Source: Carcharhinus longimanus
Lineage: Eukaryota
NCBI GenBank assembly: GCA_030264375.1
Contig: JASCQW010000160.1
Coordinates: 16,220,111-16,284,110 of the forward strand
DNA length: 64,000 nucleotides
Reading direction: 5' to 3'
The notes under the pieces were generated by a model, which saw only the letters and a list, made by a program, of their open reading frames with translations, ran no database searches and was not told the DNA's origin. This document shows positions 24,169-37,689 of the stretch, one piece after another. A program made the position numbers and the translations under genes. How positions within the stretch are numbered: position 1 is the first letter of the stretch; each line of letters starts with the position of its first letter.

Positions 24169-25629
24169 TTTCAAACCTGATAACAGAAGCACGGTCAGGA
24201 AGTGTTGTCATTGTTTTAATTCCTTACACCAGGTTGCAAAAGGAATTCAAACTTGGAGCAAACTTATCACTGTACTTTACTTCCTGCTGAGATGTAGTTA
24301 GTGTTTATGTATCACACTGGTCAATCGCTTCTGATGATTATCACCGGGAGAATGAGAGATTGTTGCTTTGTAAACAATCAAGCCTGTGTTGTAATATGCC
24401 TTTAAGGGGAAGGTTTGATTGTCCATTGTTTTACCAACCCGTTGTGATTCAGATTTCACTNNNNNNNNNNAACACACTTTCCCTGTTATACAGTTTGTTT
24501 ATTTTGGAATAAGCATTGCATCTCTTGTTTTCCCGATTTTATTTTCTTGGGCAACTGCCCAACTAGAACAGGAAAGGTAGGCAACTAAACAAAATGGCTA
24601 AGCTGTTGCCTGTGTCAGTACAAACTGACAGCTAGACAAAGCAGAGTGCCATCACGCTCTTTTTTCTCTCTCTCTCAATTTCTCCTTTCAGAGGAAAGAA
24701 GTAGCTTTATGTTATCTCACCACTGTGAGGAACTAAGGTTGATACTTCAAAATATGGGTACTTCATCACTCCTTAGCATTTCAACCCACTTTCATCTGCA
24801 AAATGTCCCCTTTTCACTTGAACAATGGCTTTCAATGACCAGAATATCCCTGATTCTACTCTCCACTCTGCGGAGTTTGCATATCAAAGCATTAGCTGGC
24901 AGATCCTTCAACCATTATGTCCCTCCACTCTAAAATGTTGTGGCTGAAACCCACCCACCCACCTCGCTACGTACATCGTCCCCAACCTTCCAAAAGCGAA
25001 CTCATCCGAAGGTCCAAGCCCAATCATGCCTCATGGCACCCTTTATCTCCTCCCACTTCATGTTCTGTATCTGTTACTAGGCATGGGAGTTTGGAGCATT
25101 ATTTGTCTGCCTCAAGTGAGGAAAGAATTCAAAATGATATTGTGTAGATTGAATTTACACTTGTAAATTAATCTTGTTTGTGAACCCCCACAGCGTAAAT
25201 TCAGTCAGCTTGAATAGTTGGCTGCTATGTTGCATTGTGTGGTAATGTGGTCCTTAGAAATGTTAAACCTTGAGCTTGTTGATGAATATTAATGTGGATG
25301 GTAAAATAGTTATGACAGAGCGTTTGAAAAAATACAGTAAATTGTATTTGAACAAATATTGACAGTGTGGTATTTACATGACAAAATGTAGAGGAGAGTG
25401 TTTTTTTTGTCTCGCCTGCCACAAGAATTGTAGAAGGCAGAGAGCAGACCACGCAAAGGTCTGTTCACCTCAAGCAGGATTTTCCGGTTTTGGGAGAAAC
25501 GCGGTTGGAAAATCCTGCCCAAAATCACAGCAGCAATCTAATCTTTCCCCTCCCAAATGTCATGCTTAACAAATCTGGGCAGCATTCTATAAATACATTC
25601 AACAAGTTTTGTTTTGTCAAATTCTACAT

Positions 25630-25935
25630 CGGGGTGGCACAGTGGTTAGCACTGCTGCCTCACAGCGCCAGGGACCAGGGTTTGATTCCCAGCTTGGGTC
25701 ACTGTATGGAGTTTGCACATTCTCCCTGTGTCTGCATGGGTTTTCTATGGGTGCTCTAGTTTCCTCCCACAGTCCAAAGAAGTGTGAGTTAAGTGGATTG
25801 GCCATACTAAATTGCCCCTTAGTGTCGGGGGACCAGCTAGTGTAAATGTATGGGGTGAGGGGCTGGGTTGGATTGTGGTCGGTGCAGACTCAATGGGTTG
25901 AATGGCCTCCTCCTGCACTGTAGGATTCTATGAAC
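25630..25935 (+). mobile_element. HE1 SINE
   Basis: head, V-domain and tail. Confidence 0.88.
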
Positions 25936-25949
25936 TCTATCTAAAACAA

Positions 25950-26270
25950 ATACTGACACTCAAATGCAGAGTGTGCTACACTGTCAGACGTGCCGTATTC
26001 TGGATTAGATGTTAAACCGAGACCCCCATTTGCCTTCTTGGGAGGATGACACTCTTTGAAAGAGAGTTGGGGGAGGAGGTTATATCCAGTGTCCTGGATA
26101 TAACCACAATAAATATCATAGGGAACAGATTATCTGGTCAATATTACACTGATGTTTGTGAGTTTTCTATTTGCTGCCCTGTTTTCTACACTACAATAGT
26201 GACTACACTTCAAAAAGCACTTTGAGATATCCAGTGTTTGTGAAAAGCGCTATGTAAATACAAAGCTTTT
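25950..26270 (+). mobile_element. Deu-domain SINE (SacSINE1/AmnSINE-related)
   Basis: gttaaaccgagacccc...acagattatctggtca...gtgactacacttcaaaaag...gcgctatgtaaat matches the recalled DeuSINE consensus. Confidence 0.7.
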
Positions 26271-26344
26271 TTTAAAAAAAAGATTTAGTGTAATTTGTAG
26301 TGATTGCTTTTCTAAGGGAAATTGGTTAAAGTTTAACTTTTAAA

Positions 26345-26598
26345 GTTTATTTAATAGTGTCACAGTGTAAGTAGGCTTACACTGCAAAGAAGTTACTGTG
26401 AAAATATCCTAGTTGCCACACTCCTGAGGGAGAATTTGGCATGGCCAATGCACCTAACCAGCACGTCTTTCGGAGAAGGAAATGCAGAGCATCCAGACGA
26501 AACCCACACAGACACGAGGAGAACATGCAAACTCCATGCAGACAGTGACCCAAGCTGGGGATCAAACCCAGGTTCCTGGCAATGTGGGACAGCAGTGC
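26345..26598 (-). mobile_element. V-SINE, alternative-tail subtype
   Basis: aagtaggcttac...tactgtgaaaatatcctagt tail with standard head. Confidence 0.85.
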
Positions 26599-27477
26599 TA
26601 ACCACTGTACCACCATGGCTCATTGCCCTGCAGATGGAAAGAGCCATGTGTTGTGCAACAAACACATACCTTACAACTGTACAAATGTTTGCCATTTTCA
26701 GGTACATCGCTCATGGTTCTACACCTGGGTGATCCAACAGTGAGGTATCAGGTCTGGAAAAATTCAGTGGAAACATATATTGGCCTATGGATTTGGACAG
26801 CACCTATTTCTGGGCACTTCATCCGTAGGGTACTCACCGCTTGGGCTTTTGTTCCTTGAACCCCCCCCCGCCACACACACATACATACACGCACACAGCC
26901 GTATAGAAGACGCAGTGGTAGAAGTGCACACTGATTCATGCACTAGTGTATTGCTAAGTGATGGAGGAAGCTCTCACTGCTGTGGACCAGGAATAGCAGA
27001 GCCTCAGCGTGTGATCATGATGGGAAGCCAGAAGGTCAGGAAAGGAAATCACAAGGGTGTGCTGACTAAGCATTGTTGTTAGCAGGGGCTGGAGGTCAGA
27101 GTAGGGAGTGAAGCTGAAGACTTTAGAATGGAGAGCAGCAATGATTTGGTTGAGTACTGACCTTTTGTCTACTCCATGCTGCCTGGTGTTAGTTTTCGCC
27201 AAGACAATTAGCACTGATGCTGCCTGCCTTGGGCACAAGCCTAAAAGGGAGTACAAGCAGCCTGAGGCTCCTTATTTGCATATGATTGCCTAAAAGCTTC
27301 TGATGTGGGTAAAGGATGCCTCTTGTTTGGCACCTTACCAGCATGGTGTCCAGCATGGCCTACAGCAGAATTGTGCTCATGCATCTGCCACTTTGGTCAG
27401 AAAATGGCACCCATTGTATCAAAATCCTGGGCCCTATGGAGCCAAATTTCTAACCCGTTGCCTTTCTTTGCCTCTGG

Positions 27478-27762
27478 TCATAGAATCCCTACAGTACAGA
27501 AAGGGCCACTTGGCCCACTGAGTTGGTACCGACCACAATCCCACCCAGGACCTATTCCCATAATCCTCATTTACCCTGCTAATCCTCCTGGTATTAGGGT
27601 CAATTTAGCATGGTCAATTAACCTAACCCACACATCTTTGGTCTCTGGGGGGAAACCCATGCAGACATGGGGAGAAAGTGCAAATTTCACACAGTCACCA
27701 AGGTTGGAATTGAACCTGGGTCCCTGGAGCTGAGAGGCAGCAGTGCTAACCACATTGCTGCC
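27478..27762 (-). mobile_element. HE1 SINE
   Basis: reverse complement of the HE1 pattern. Confidence 0.85.
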
Positions 27763-28478
27763 CTCACCTGGAGGTGCATATCCGAGTGCCCCCACAGGTT
27801 AATTATGGTACATCAATTTCTGAGGGATCTACAATGCCCATTTGAAAGGGTTAATTGGGCCTTTATTCAAAAGACAACACCTCCAGAAAATGTAGCATTC
27901 TGTTTTTACTGCACTAAGTGCCCATCCAGGCTACACATTCACATCCTGGAGTGAGACTTGGACCCATAATCTCATTGGTGCTATTAGTGAGCCAAGGTTG
28001 GCAAGATGGGAGAAGTAGAAGGTAAGTAATTGGGTACTAAATCACGCTTACTTAATAAATCATGAAATGAGATCAAGTTCTACTCAGTCCAAGGAACAGA
28101 ACAGCAAGTTCCTTCGTACTAGTAACTTATTGTAAATGGCCTTTTAAAAAAACATTATGTTAAAAGCATTGAGGATTAGCTCGACAGCTTAAAGCTACTT
28201 GACAATGTTCTTTTCTTACTCTGCATTATTTCTGGAAAGTGTCCAATAAATATCTGAGCCACTGCTGGTTAATAATTAATAATGTACCATATTTATCATT
28301 GAATATATATTGCCTCAAAGGAATCATTTATTTACTTATTTGTTTTAGAACAGGAGCACGTTACAGCATGCCCGGTCTTGCATTGCTGTTGGTAGTTAAC
28401 TGAATATTGCAATTAACATCTGATGGACGTCGAACAGCCATTTCAGAATCGTGTTAGAGTTTTGCTGTAGTGATGATC

Positions 28479-28503
28479 ATGTTTATTACAGTGTTGTACG
28501 GAG
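28479..28503 (+). CDS. Gene 2, CXorf65/C22orf15-family protein, first coding exon
   Basis: ATG TTT ATT ACA GTG TTG TAC GGA G|gtaag = MFITVLYG, the family-typical N-terminus (as recalled: C22orf15 MFITVMFG, CXorf65 MFIFIKHG). Confidence 0.8.
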
Positions 28504-28867
28504 GTAAGTGTAAGAATCCTTTCGACAGTTAAAGTAGCTGCCTCGCCCTCTGAATCGGTATCTTTTGTTTTAACTGCAGAATCCTAGGTTTCCAGATCTG
28601 CATTGTATGTGGTAATAGGTATGCTAGAGAAATCTAGAGTTAGTTTCCATCAGAAATTTCTGAGATTAATGTATTTTTGTTGGTAAACATTTGAAGGGAT
28701 ATAGAATTAAGACAGGTAATGGAATTATAAAACGGATCAACCATGATCAAACTCATAGGGTTGGATAGCTATTACCTAGGATCTGCGATGGCTGGTAGTC
28801 TATACCAGTCAGTCCTCATAACTTCGTGACTCTTTGAACTGAAGGCTCAACCAATTAAAATTTATGA

Positions 28868-28992
28868 TATGGAGATGCCGGCATTAGACTGGAACGGGCA
28901 CAGTAAGAAGTCTCACAACACCACATTAAAGTCTAACATATCCGTTTTAGTAGCACAAGCTTTTGGAGCGCTGCTCCTTCATCAGGTGAATG
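28868..28992 (-). mobile_element. Penelope-like terminal repeat with hammerhead motif (GAAA decayed to AAAA)
   Basis: minus strand: cac-CTGATGA-aggagc-agc-gctcc-aAAA-gctt-gtg. Confidence 0.72.
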
Positions 28993-28996
28993 ACTG

Positions 28997-29312
28997 CGCA
29001 CAGTGGCACATTGGTTAGCACTGCTGCCTCACAGCTCCAGGGAGCCGGGTTCGATTTCCGTGGGTCACTGCCTGTGTGGAGTTTGCACATTCTATCTGTG
29101 TCTGTGTGGGTTTCCCCCAGATGCTCCAGTTTCTTTCCACAGTCCAAAGATGTGCGGGTTAGGTAGAGTGGCCATGCTAAATTGCCCCTCAGTGTCAGGG
29201 GGACGAGCTAGGGTAAATGCATGGGGTGATCAGGATAGGGCCTGAGTGGAATTGCAGTCGTCACAAACTCGATGGGCCGAACAGCCTCCTTCTACACTGC
29301 AGGGATTCTATG
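28997..29312 (+). mobile_element. HE1 SINE
   Basis: head, V-domain and tail. Confidence 0.88.
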
Positions 29313-29669
29313 ATAATACCACTAGGGCATCACTTCACCTTGTTGGCCTGTGCTTCCTTTATCTGAGTGCAAGTCCACTGAGCTGATTACAAATGTTGCC
29401 ATCATTCCATTAACTGCTTCTTTCGAACTTTGGTTTCAGTTTGCAGTCAAAGATTCTGGGAGTGGTTGCCCTTTCCTCACTCTCCGTTACATCTCCATGA
29501 CACATTGGCTGATAAGCGCACTGCAAAGTACGTGAAGTACAATGTGTGCTGTGCTCTCCAACTGTCACAGTGTTGTATTAAAAAGTTACAGAAGTCACAG
29601 GCCACCGACAACTAAGTTGTCTCTCATTTATTGCTCCCAATTGTACCATGCCATTAACAATATTACTTG

Positions 29670-30170
29670 ATTTGATTTATTCTTCTCACTGTTATAAGTG
29701 AAAAGTATTGTTTCTTGCGCGCTGTACAGAAAAAGCATTCCGTTCATAGAGAAGGAAAGGTGAAAGTGCAGAATGTAGTGTTATAGTCATAGCTAGAGTG
29801 TAGAGAAAGGTCAACTTAATGCGGGGTAGATCCATTCAAAAGTAGCAGGAAAGAGGCTGTTCTTGAGTCGGTTGGTACGTGGCCTCAAAATTTTGTATCT
29901 TTTTCCCAATGGGAAGAAGGTGGAAGAGAGAATGTCCAGGGTGCATGGAGTCCTTGATTATGTTGGCTGCTTTTCTGAAGCAGTGGGAAGCGTGGGCAGA
30001 GTCAATGGATGGGAGGCTGGTTTGTGTGATGGACTGAGCTACATTCACAACCTTTTGTAGTTCCTTTGCAGTCTTGGGCAGAGCAGGAGCCCATACCAAG
30101 CTGTGATACAACTGGAAAAAAAGCTTTCTATGGTGCATTTGTAAAAATTGGTGAGAATCGTAGCTGACAT
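29670..30170 (-). mobile_element. Rex1/Babar-type LINE 3' fragment
   Basis: LTNFYKCTIES..SCITAWYG; LQKVVNVAQSITQTSLPSID..IIKDSMHPGHSLFHLLP. Confidence 0.82.
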
Positions 30171-30604
30171 GACACAGTCAGCGAGCAGAGGGGGTCCCGT
30201 TACACATGGGCAGCAGCAATCCTCAGGTTTATTCAGGTTTGTAATTTTCTGTGTCATTCTAATTGTTATTTCTATTTAGGAGTAGTTTTGTCTTTGTGCT
30301 CCATCCCGCTCCCACCTTTTGGTGAGATCTCTGGGAATATGTTGCCTTTCTCCCTGTGGCAAGTTTACAGAGCTGCTGAAGGCTTTCCCAGACATCAGTG
30401 GTTTATGAGATTGCATTCAGATTCCGTCTGCATGGAAAGGGATTATTTAAAGGCTTCTCCTTAAAGCTGTGCATTAGCAATGGACCAACATGAAGAACAG
30501 AATTCCTTTTCATTTGAAGAGGTGAAAGTCTTCGTCTAATAAGTCCATCTGTGTTTGGAAGATCATCACATATGCTTTGCTTTGTTATCATTTCTCTCAG
30601 CCAT

Positions 30605-30910
30605 CATCGAAACCCCACAGTGCAGAAGGATTATATTTGGCCCATCGAGTTTGCACTGACTCTGACAGAGCATCTTAGCCAGGCCCTAACCCCACACACT
30701 TATCCTGCTAACCCACACATCTTGGAACATGAAGGGCCAATTTACCATGGCCAATCAACCTAACCTGCACATCTTTGGACTATGGGAGGAAACCGGAGCA
30801 TCCAGAGGAAACCCACGCAGACACAGAGAGAACGTGCGCAGACAGTGATCCAAGCCAGGAATCGAACCCAGGTCCCTGGCGCTGTGAGGCAGCAGTGCTA
30901 ACCACTGTGG
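30605..30910 (-). mobile_element. HE1 SINE
   Basis: reverse complement of the HE1 pattern. Confidence 0.85.
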
Positions 30911-32419
30911 TATCATCCCATTTTATCTCTGCAACCTCCTCCAGACCCCGCATCCTAATCCAAAGTCTTTGCGTTACCCTGGTCCCCTCTACAAGAAGGC
31001 AGCTCTCCACCACCTTCTTAAGGGCAATTAGAGATGGACAGTAAATTTACTCTAGTCAGCGATAACTAGATCCCATGAATAAATTTTTTAATCTCTCACA
31101 ATCTTTACTACACCAGTGTTGGAAAACCCATAGTTTTACTTTTTGATGTATCCTCCCCAAACATCTTCATGTCTAAATTGGTGGCCATGCCTTATACCCA
31201 CCTGAGAGTGCAGAACTAGAATCATAGAATCAAACAGTGCAGAAGGAGGCCATTCAGTCCATCGAGCCTGCACCAACAATACTCCTACCCAATCCCTATC
31301 CCCGTAATGCTGCTCATCCCACTGACACTATGAGGCACTTTAGCATGAACAACCAACCTAACCCGCACATCTTTGGAGGCCATAGTTTGAGGATAAGGGG
31401 TAAACCTTTTAGAACTGAGGTGAGGAGAAATTTCTTCACCCAGAGGGTGGTGAATNNNNNNNNNNNNNNNNNNNNNNNNNNNNNNNNNNNNNNNNNNNNN
31501 NNNNNNNNNNNNNNNNNNNNNNNNNNNNNNNNNNNNNNNNNNNNNNNNNNNNNNNCCCTCTTGTTGAAGATGACTTTTGCCCAAGGTCGTGAGTTTCTGC
31601 CGTGGGCCTTCACGTGACTGAAGGTCATTTCTTAAACTGCAGACCTTTGGGCATGTAACAGTATTGGGTAATAGGCGAAATTAGTGTAATGCACAATGAC
31701 ACAAGTAGGATGGATAGAAACAAATAATTTCCTCTGGTGATGGAATCCAGAACAAGAGAGCACAACCTTAAAATTTGGAGTGAGGTCAAGTGTAATGTCA
31801 GGAACTGAGATGACAGTGCCAGGAGAGTTGAATAGCCATTTAGACCTCTTCTCCCCCGCCGTCCCCTACCCGCTCCTCCCAACTCAAAACGCTGCTAAGC
31901 TAGATCCATAGAAAATTTCTGAGCTTAATAGATTCTTGTTGGTAAACATGTGAAGGAATGTAGAACCAAGGTGAGCAATGAAGTTATGATGCACGTCAAC
32001 CATGATCACAGTCATAGGGCTGGATAGCCTACTCCATTACCGAGGATCTGAGATGGTTGGTATTCTCTACAGACCAGGAAGATTCCAGCCCTTCCTCTGT
32101 GTTGAGCTAATGGATCTCATTCTGAGTTGGGGACAGAGCTTTACAATTGAGTCCAGCACTCTTTGAATCAGTCAGAGTTTAATTCCCAAATACTAACCTC
32201 TGAACCTGTGCCCATCTCAACGTCCAGCTTTGTGGTTACCATTGAGCTGAGTATTTTGTCCTGTCCGGCTACATGTATGAGGAATGAATGGTCAGTTGGT
32301 CCAGATAATTGACTAAACTCCAGCACGCATTAGTACAATCAGGAAATGTGGGAGAAGATATTGGGAGAAAAGTCAAATATTTGAAATATTGATTAGTCAA
32401 GAAGTTAAATATTTTACTT

Positions 32420-32710
32420 TTTTTATTAGTGTCACAATTGGGCTTACATTAACACTGCCATGAAGTTCCTGGGAAAATCCCCTAGTCGCCTCACTCCCGT
32501 GCCTGTTAGGGTATGCTGAGGGAGAATTTAGCATGACCAATGCACCTAACCAGCACGTCTTTTGGACTGTGGGAGGAAACCGGGGCACCCAAGGAAATCA
32601 CGCAGACACGGGGAGTACATGTGGACTCCACACAGACAGTGACCCAAGCTAGGAATCAAACCTGAGTCCCTGGCGCTGTGAGGCAGCGATGCTAACCGCT
32701 GCGCCACCGT
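32420..32710 (-). mobile_element. V-SINE, alternative-tail subtype
   Basis: standard head with alternative tail. Confidence 0.85.
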
Positions 32711-32804
32711 ACAATATCCATTTGTACTAAATGGCACATAACTGTAAGAATTCTTCTGTGGCTTTTAATCTGTCTTTTTTTAACCAAGTATGTGTTCACT
32801 GCAG

Positions 32805-32891
32805 ATAATGAATGTGCTCTCTTCAATTTATTCTGTAAGATCCAAATTTTGCTGGACTGCATCAAACGTAACTGTCACTATGAGACTCAAG
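32805..32891 (+). CDS. Gene 2 coding exon 2
   Basis: ctgcag|AT...CAAG|gtaag; DNECALFNLFCKIQILLDCIKRNCHYETQ, family pattern N..C....LL..IK. Confidence 0.85.
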
Positions 32892-33309
32892 GTAAGAGCA
32901 ACCAGAGGTAAGAGTTCACTAACGCCCTTTAGGGAAGGAAATCTGCTGTCCTTACCTGGTCTGGCTACATGTGATTTCAGAGCCACGTGGCAACTTACTA
33001 AATTGATTATGAATATTCAGACACTTCATAGTGAGTGCACCATCTTAAAACATTTCAAAACTGGTTTGGGATCGATTTTGTATGATTTCCATACCAAATT
33101 AAAGGATAGACATCAACAAATAATTGGTGAAGGTTTGTGTCAATAACTTTCTTCATGGTGAGCTCTTGATCACAGCCATGTATTCGAGGAAGGGCAGAGA
33201 TCAAATATTTTTCCACAGGGAACTAAAATAAGGAGATTCAGAAGGATAATCTCTCACCATTATTTTGTTTAGCACTGGCTGAGATACTGTTCCACTCCTG
33301 TTCCACCAG

Positions 33310-35190
33310 AGGCCCAAACATCCTAGACCACTTCTACATAAATATCAAACATTCCCACCACTCTATCACCCGCCCACGCTTTGGCAAATCAGACCACAAA
33401 GCTGTGCTTCTGCTCCCGGTTTACAAGCAAAAACTGAAACGGGAGAATCTGTCAAAGAAATTTGTGCAATATTGGTCCGAGGAATTGGATGATCTCCGAC
33501 AGGACTGCTTCAACTCAGTAATCTGGTCAGTATTTCAAAACCTTGTGACCAGCCTGAATGAGTACGCCACAACAGTGACTGATTTAAGGAGTAAATGTGT
33601 GGAAGACTGTAGAAGCAAATCCACATGTTTCCCAACCAGAAACCATGGATGAACAGGAATATCCATTGCTTGCTGAAATCTAGATCTGAGGCACTCAAGT
33701 CAGGTGACCTGTCCTATACACGAAAGCCAGATATGATCTAAGGAGATCCATCAAAGATGCCAAAAGACAGTACCATACCAAGCTAGCCACACAGATCCCT
33801 GCCGACTATAAAGTTTATTTATTATTTATTTATTAGTCACAAGTAGGCTTACATTAAGACTGCAATGAAGTTAGTGAAAATCCCCTAGTCGCCATACTCT
33901 GGCATCTGTTCGGGTACATTGCGGGAGAATTCAGCATGGCCAATTCACCTAACCTGCACATCTTTGGAGTGTGGGAGGAAACCGGAGCACTGGGAGGAAA
34001 CCCACGCAGACATGGGGAGAACGTGCAGNNNNNNNNNNNNNNNNNNNNNNNNNNNNNNNNNNNNNNNNNNNNNNNNNNNNNNNNNNNNNNNNNNNNNNNN
34101 NNNNNNNNNNNNNNNNNNNNNNNNNNNNNNNNNNNNNNNNNNNNNNNNNNNNNNNNNNNNNNNNNNNNNNNNNNNNNNNNNNNNNNNNNNNNNNNNNNNN
34201 NNNNNNNNNNNNNNNNNNNNNNNNNNNNNNNNNNNNNNNNNNNNNNNNNNNNNNNNNNNNNNNNNNNNNNNNNNNNNNNNNNNNNNNNNNNNNNNNNNNN
34301 NNNNNNNNNNNNNNNNNNNNNNNNNNNNNNNNNNNNNNNNNNNNNNNNNNNNNNNNNNNNNNNNNNNNNNNNNNNNNNNNNNNNNNNNNNNNNNNNNNNN
34401 NNNNNNNNNNNNNNNNNNNNNNNNNNNNNNNNNNNNNNNNNNNNNNNNNNNNNNNNNNNNNNNNNNNNNNNNNNNNNNNNNNNNNNNNNNNNNNNNNNNN
34501 NNNNNNNNNNNNNNNNNNNNNNNNNNNNNNNNNNNNNNNNNNNNNNNNNNNNNNNNNNNNNNNNNNNNNNNNNNNNNNNNNNNNNNNNNNNNNNNNNTGG
34601 TGTTGAGATGGCGGCGCGGGCTCGTTGGGCTGAAGGGCCTGTTTCCCGGGCTGTTTTTGTTCTTTGTTCTTTGTTCTTTGACTACCGCTCAGCCTTCAAC
34701 ATTATTATTCCTACAAAACTCATCTCCAAACCCCGTGGCCTGGGACTCTGTTCCTCCCTCTGCAACTGGATCCTGAACTTCTTAACTCAGACCACAATCA
34801 GTAAAGATAAGCAACATCACCTCCTTTACGATCATCCTCAACACCAGTGCCCTACTCTATCCTCAGCCCCTTACTATATTCCTTATACACCGATGACTGT
34901 GCGGCCAAATTCCCCTCCAACTTGATTTTCAAGTTTGCTGATGACACCACCGTAGTGGGTTTGAGGACACATACAAACTGACTCAAGGACAGCTTCTTCC
35001 ATGCTGCCATCAGATTTTTGAATGGAATTACCTTGCATTAAGTTGACCTTTCTCTACACCCTAGCTATGACTGTAATACTAAATTCTGCAGTCTCTCCTT
35101 TTCTTCCTTATGTACGATATGCTTTGTCGTATAACAATATTTTTCATTGTACATTAACACATGTGATAATATTAAATCAAATCCAAATCC
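33310..35190 (+). mobile_element. Rex1/Babar-type LINE fragments interrupted by a minus-strand V-SINE (33812-34028) and a gap
   Basis: FGKSDHKAVLLLPVYKQKLKRE, NQKPWMN; [27 protein letters not shown]; FKFADDTTVVG; aaatc tail. Confidence 0.8.
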
Positions 35191-35549
35191 TAGAACCTGG
35201 ATTCAGCAAAGCCCTAGAAGTAAAATTTGTTTATCCTTTACCAAGGATCACAAGGAAATTCAGATTGTAGGAAAGGAGGAAAGAAATACATGGCTGTAAA
35301 GATCCAATCAAAACAGAAGTTCATGATGTCTAACCCTCCTTTTAAATACATTATTTTATCTGTTTTCAACGTAATTGTGAAAGTCTTTTTTACATTGTAG
35401 GCTCTTGCTCACTCAATGTTGGTAAGAACACTCTGTGAAACTTGCTGTGTGATGAGAAATTGTCATTTCCTCAGGATTTTCCCACTTGATTAACTTTGCT
35501 GGAAGAACCACAAAAACCCTGTGAAAACGGCATCAGTTGAGGTTATTAT

Positions 35550-35862
35550 GGGCGACACAGTGGCTAGCAGTGTTGCCTCTCAATGCTAGGTTCCCAGGTT
35601 TGATTCTAGTTTTGGGTGAATCGGTGAAATTTGCATGTTTTCCCTGCGTCTGCGTAGGTTTCCTCTGGGTGTTCCGGTTTCCTCCCCCAGTCCAAAGATG
35701 TTCAGGTTAGTTGGATTGGCCATGCTAAATTGCCCCTTAGTATCCCATGGTATAAAAGTTAGGGGGATTAGCAGGATAAATACATGGAGTCATGGGGTAA
35801 GCCTGGACATGAGTTGGTGCAGACACAATGGGCCAAATGGCCTCCTTCTGTAGGGATTCTAT
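35550..35862 (+). mobile_element. HE1 SINE
   Basis: head, V-domain and tail. Confidence 0.85.
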
Positions 35863-36333
35863 CATTGTAAACTCCCTTTCTCCCAGTTTGTTGGTGGACA
35901 TCTCTATCACAGAGATGATGTTTCCATTTGTAAGGCAATCCAAGATCAGGAGTCATCAATGTAAGATAGCCATTGCTAAACCCAATGAGAATTCAGGAAA
36001 ACCACGTGACTCAGGGAGTGATTAGAACATAAACTACTGCACGTGTCAGTAAGTTTTATGCAGAGAGGAAATTAGATAAATACATGAAGAAATGGATAGG
36101 AGGGTACTGTGGTGACCTTTAACCCAGAAGCAAGGCAGTGAGGAATGTTTGTAGTTTCTTGTAATAAAGAGGATTAAGTAACGCAGCAATATGAGACTTT
36201 TGAGATACAATTAATTCTAGTTATTTGCAAAGAGCTACAAGGAATCTGAAAAAAGTTGCAGGGAGAAGCTGATATGAACTTTTCCCAGTATTTCCTTTTG
36301 TACTGATGTAGTTCTGATGTTTCTGCACTTAAG

Positions 36334-36450
36334 TCGAGGTTGATCTAGCAGATAACAGTGGGCAAGTGAAGAATCTACCAGAAAACCAACATTGCTACGC
36401 CTCTGACATCCTGACTGAACGAGAGGCCTATATTCTTCTTGGTGTGAACA
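36334..36450 (+). CDS. Gene 2 coding exon 3
   Basis: cacttaag|TC...AACA|gtaagt; VEVDLADNSGQVKNLPENQHCYASDILTEREAYILLGVN, family pattern vDL.d..G.vk.L....YAS..L..R..YvL. Confidence 0.85.
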
Positions 36451-37689
36451 GTAAGTAAATTCCTCTAAAGAAATAAGCCAGTTAACTGCATGTGGACCAA
36501 TCAGTCCAGGAAGATAAGCTGCTTAAGACCAGAATGAAAGGATTCTATATTACTGTGTGATTGGTACAAGTGGCACATTGGAATACCTGTATAAGTTTTT
36601 GATAGTAGAATCATAAATCATAGTATATACAGTGCAGAAGGAGGCCATTTAGGCCCATCAAGCCTGCATCGACAAGAATCCCATCCAGGTCCTATCCCTG
36701 TAACCCCGCATATTTACCCTCCTAATCCCCCTGACACTCGGGCAATTTATCATGGCCAATCAACCTAACCCATACATCTTTTTGGGAGTTTTGTAAATAG
36801 TGGACTAATGTTTATGTACTTTTAATTTAGCCACTTTTAGAATGGTCTGTTTGACTTTCTCAGTGGGACTTTACGGCCTCGCTCATCCCGAAACCATAAA
36901 ATCCCACTCGAGGTCAATGGACCTTTCCATTGTCCGCCCCTCACCTGTTCTGATTCCTGTGGGGTGATAAAATTCCAGCCTGAGTTAGATAATTAACAGT
37001 CAAGACAATTGGAAAACAGGAAAGCAATTGTTAGTGAGAAGGTATACCTGATGAATTTATGATTCCAATGGTGCCTTGAAGTCTGAAGTCGAGGAGTTTT
37101 CTGCTTTGAAGGAATAGTCAACAGCATTGAACTCAGGATGACAACTTGGCCCCTACTTTCCTGGGATTGGCAATCACTGCAGATTGCCATTTCGTAGCAA
37201 TTTGCCTCAGCTTGAAATCCAAATCACCCATCTCGCTCGACCTTCCTGACTCAGGCCAGGTGAGACTGAAACAACAAAGTAGCTCAGGGGTTCCAATAGC
37301 GAAGTGTAAAAAGAATGTGGTGAAGAAGGACACACCCTCCTCTTTACGACACTAGCAGGTGAATTTTAAAGGGACAGTTGAAAGGGGACGTAAGTTTCAA
37401 AAGTGAGTGAATGTGAAGCTTCAGACATTGACGGTGGGAGTGGGGTTGTGTAGGGTTCTGTCAGCTGGCAGGGAGCAGAGCTGCTGGGTTGAACCTGGGG
37501 GAGGTTGGGTGTTGGAGGGGGACAGGGGATGATGATGAGGTAGGTCAGGGGAGTCATGAAGGTGACACAATGGGGATTCCCCAAGGAGCTCAAGGTATGC
37601 CGTGTAAGGTACAATCTGGATCTTTAAAATAGTTGCTCTGAAGTTAAAAGTGCTTTTTTCCTTCTAATACTTGCAGAGTAAATATGAGT

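Noticed and set aside
33919-34925. Longest ORFs in the track (211-329 aa)
   Set aside because: Made almost entirely of N-gap translated as X, flanked by SINE and LINE sequence.
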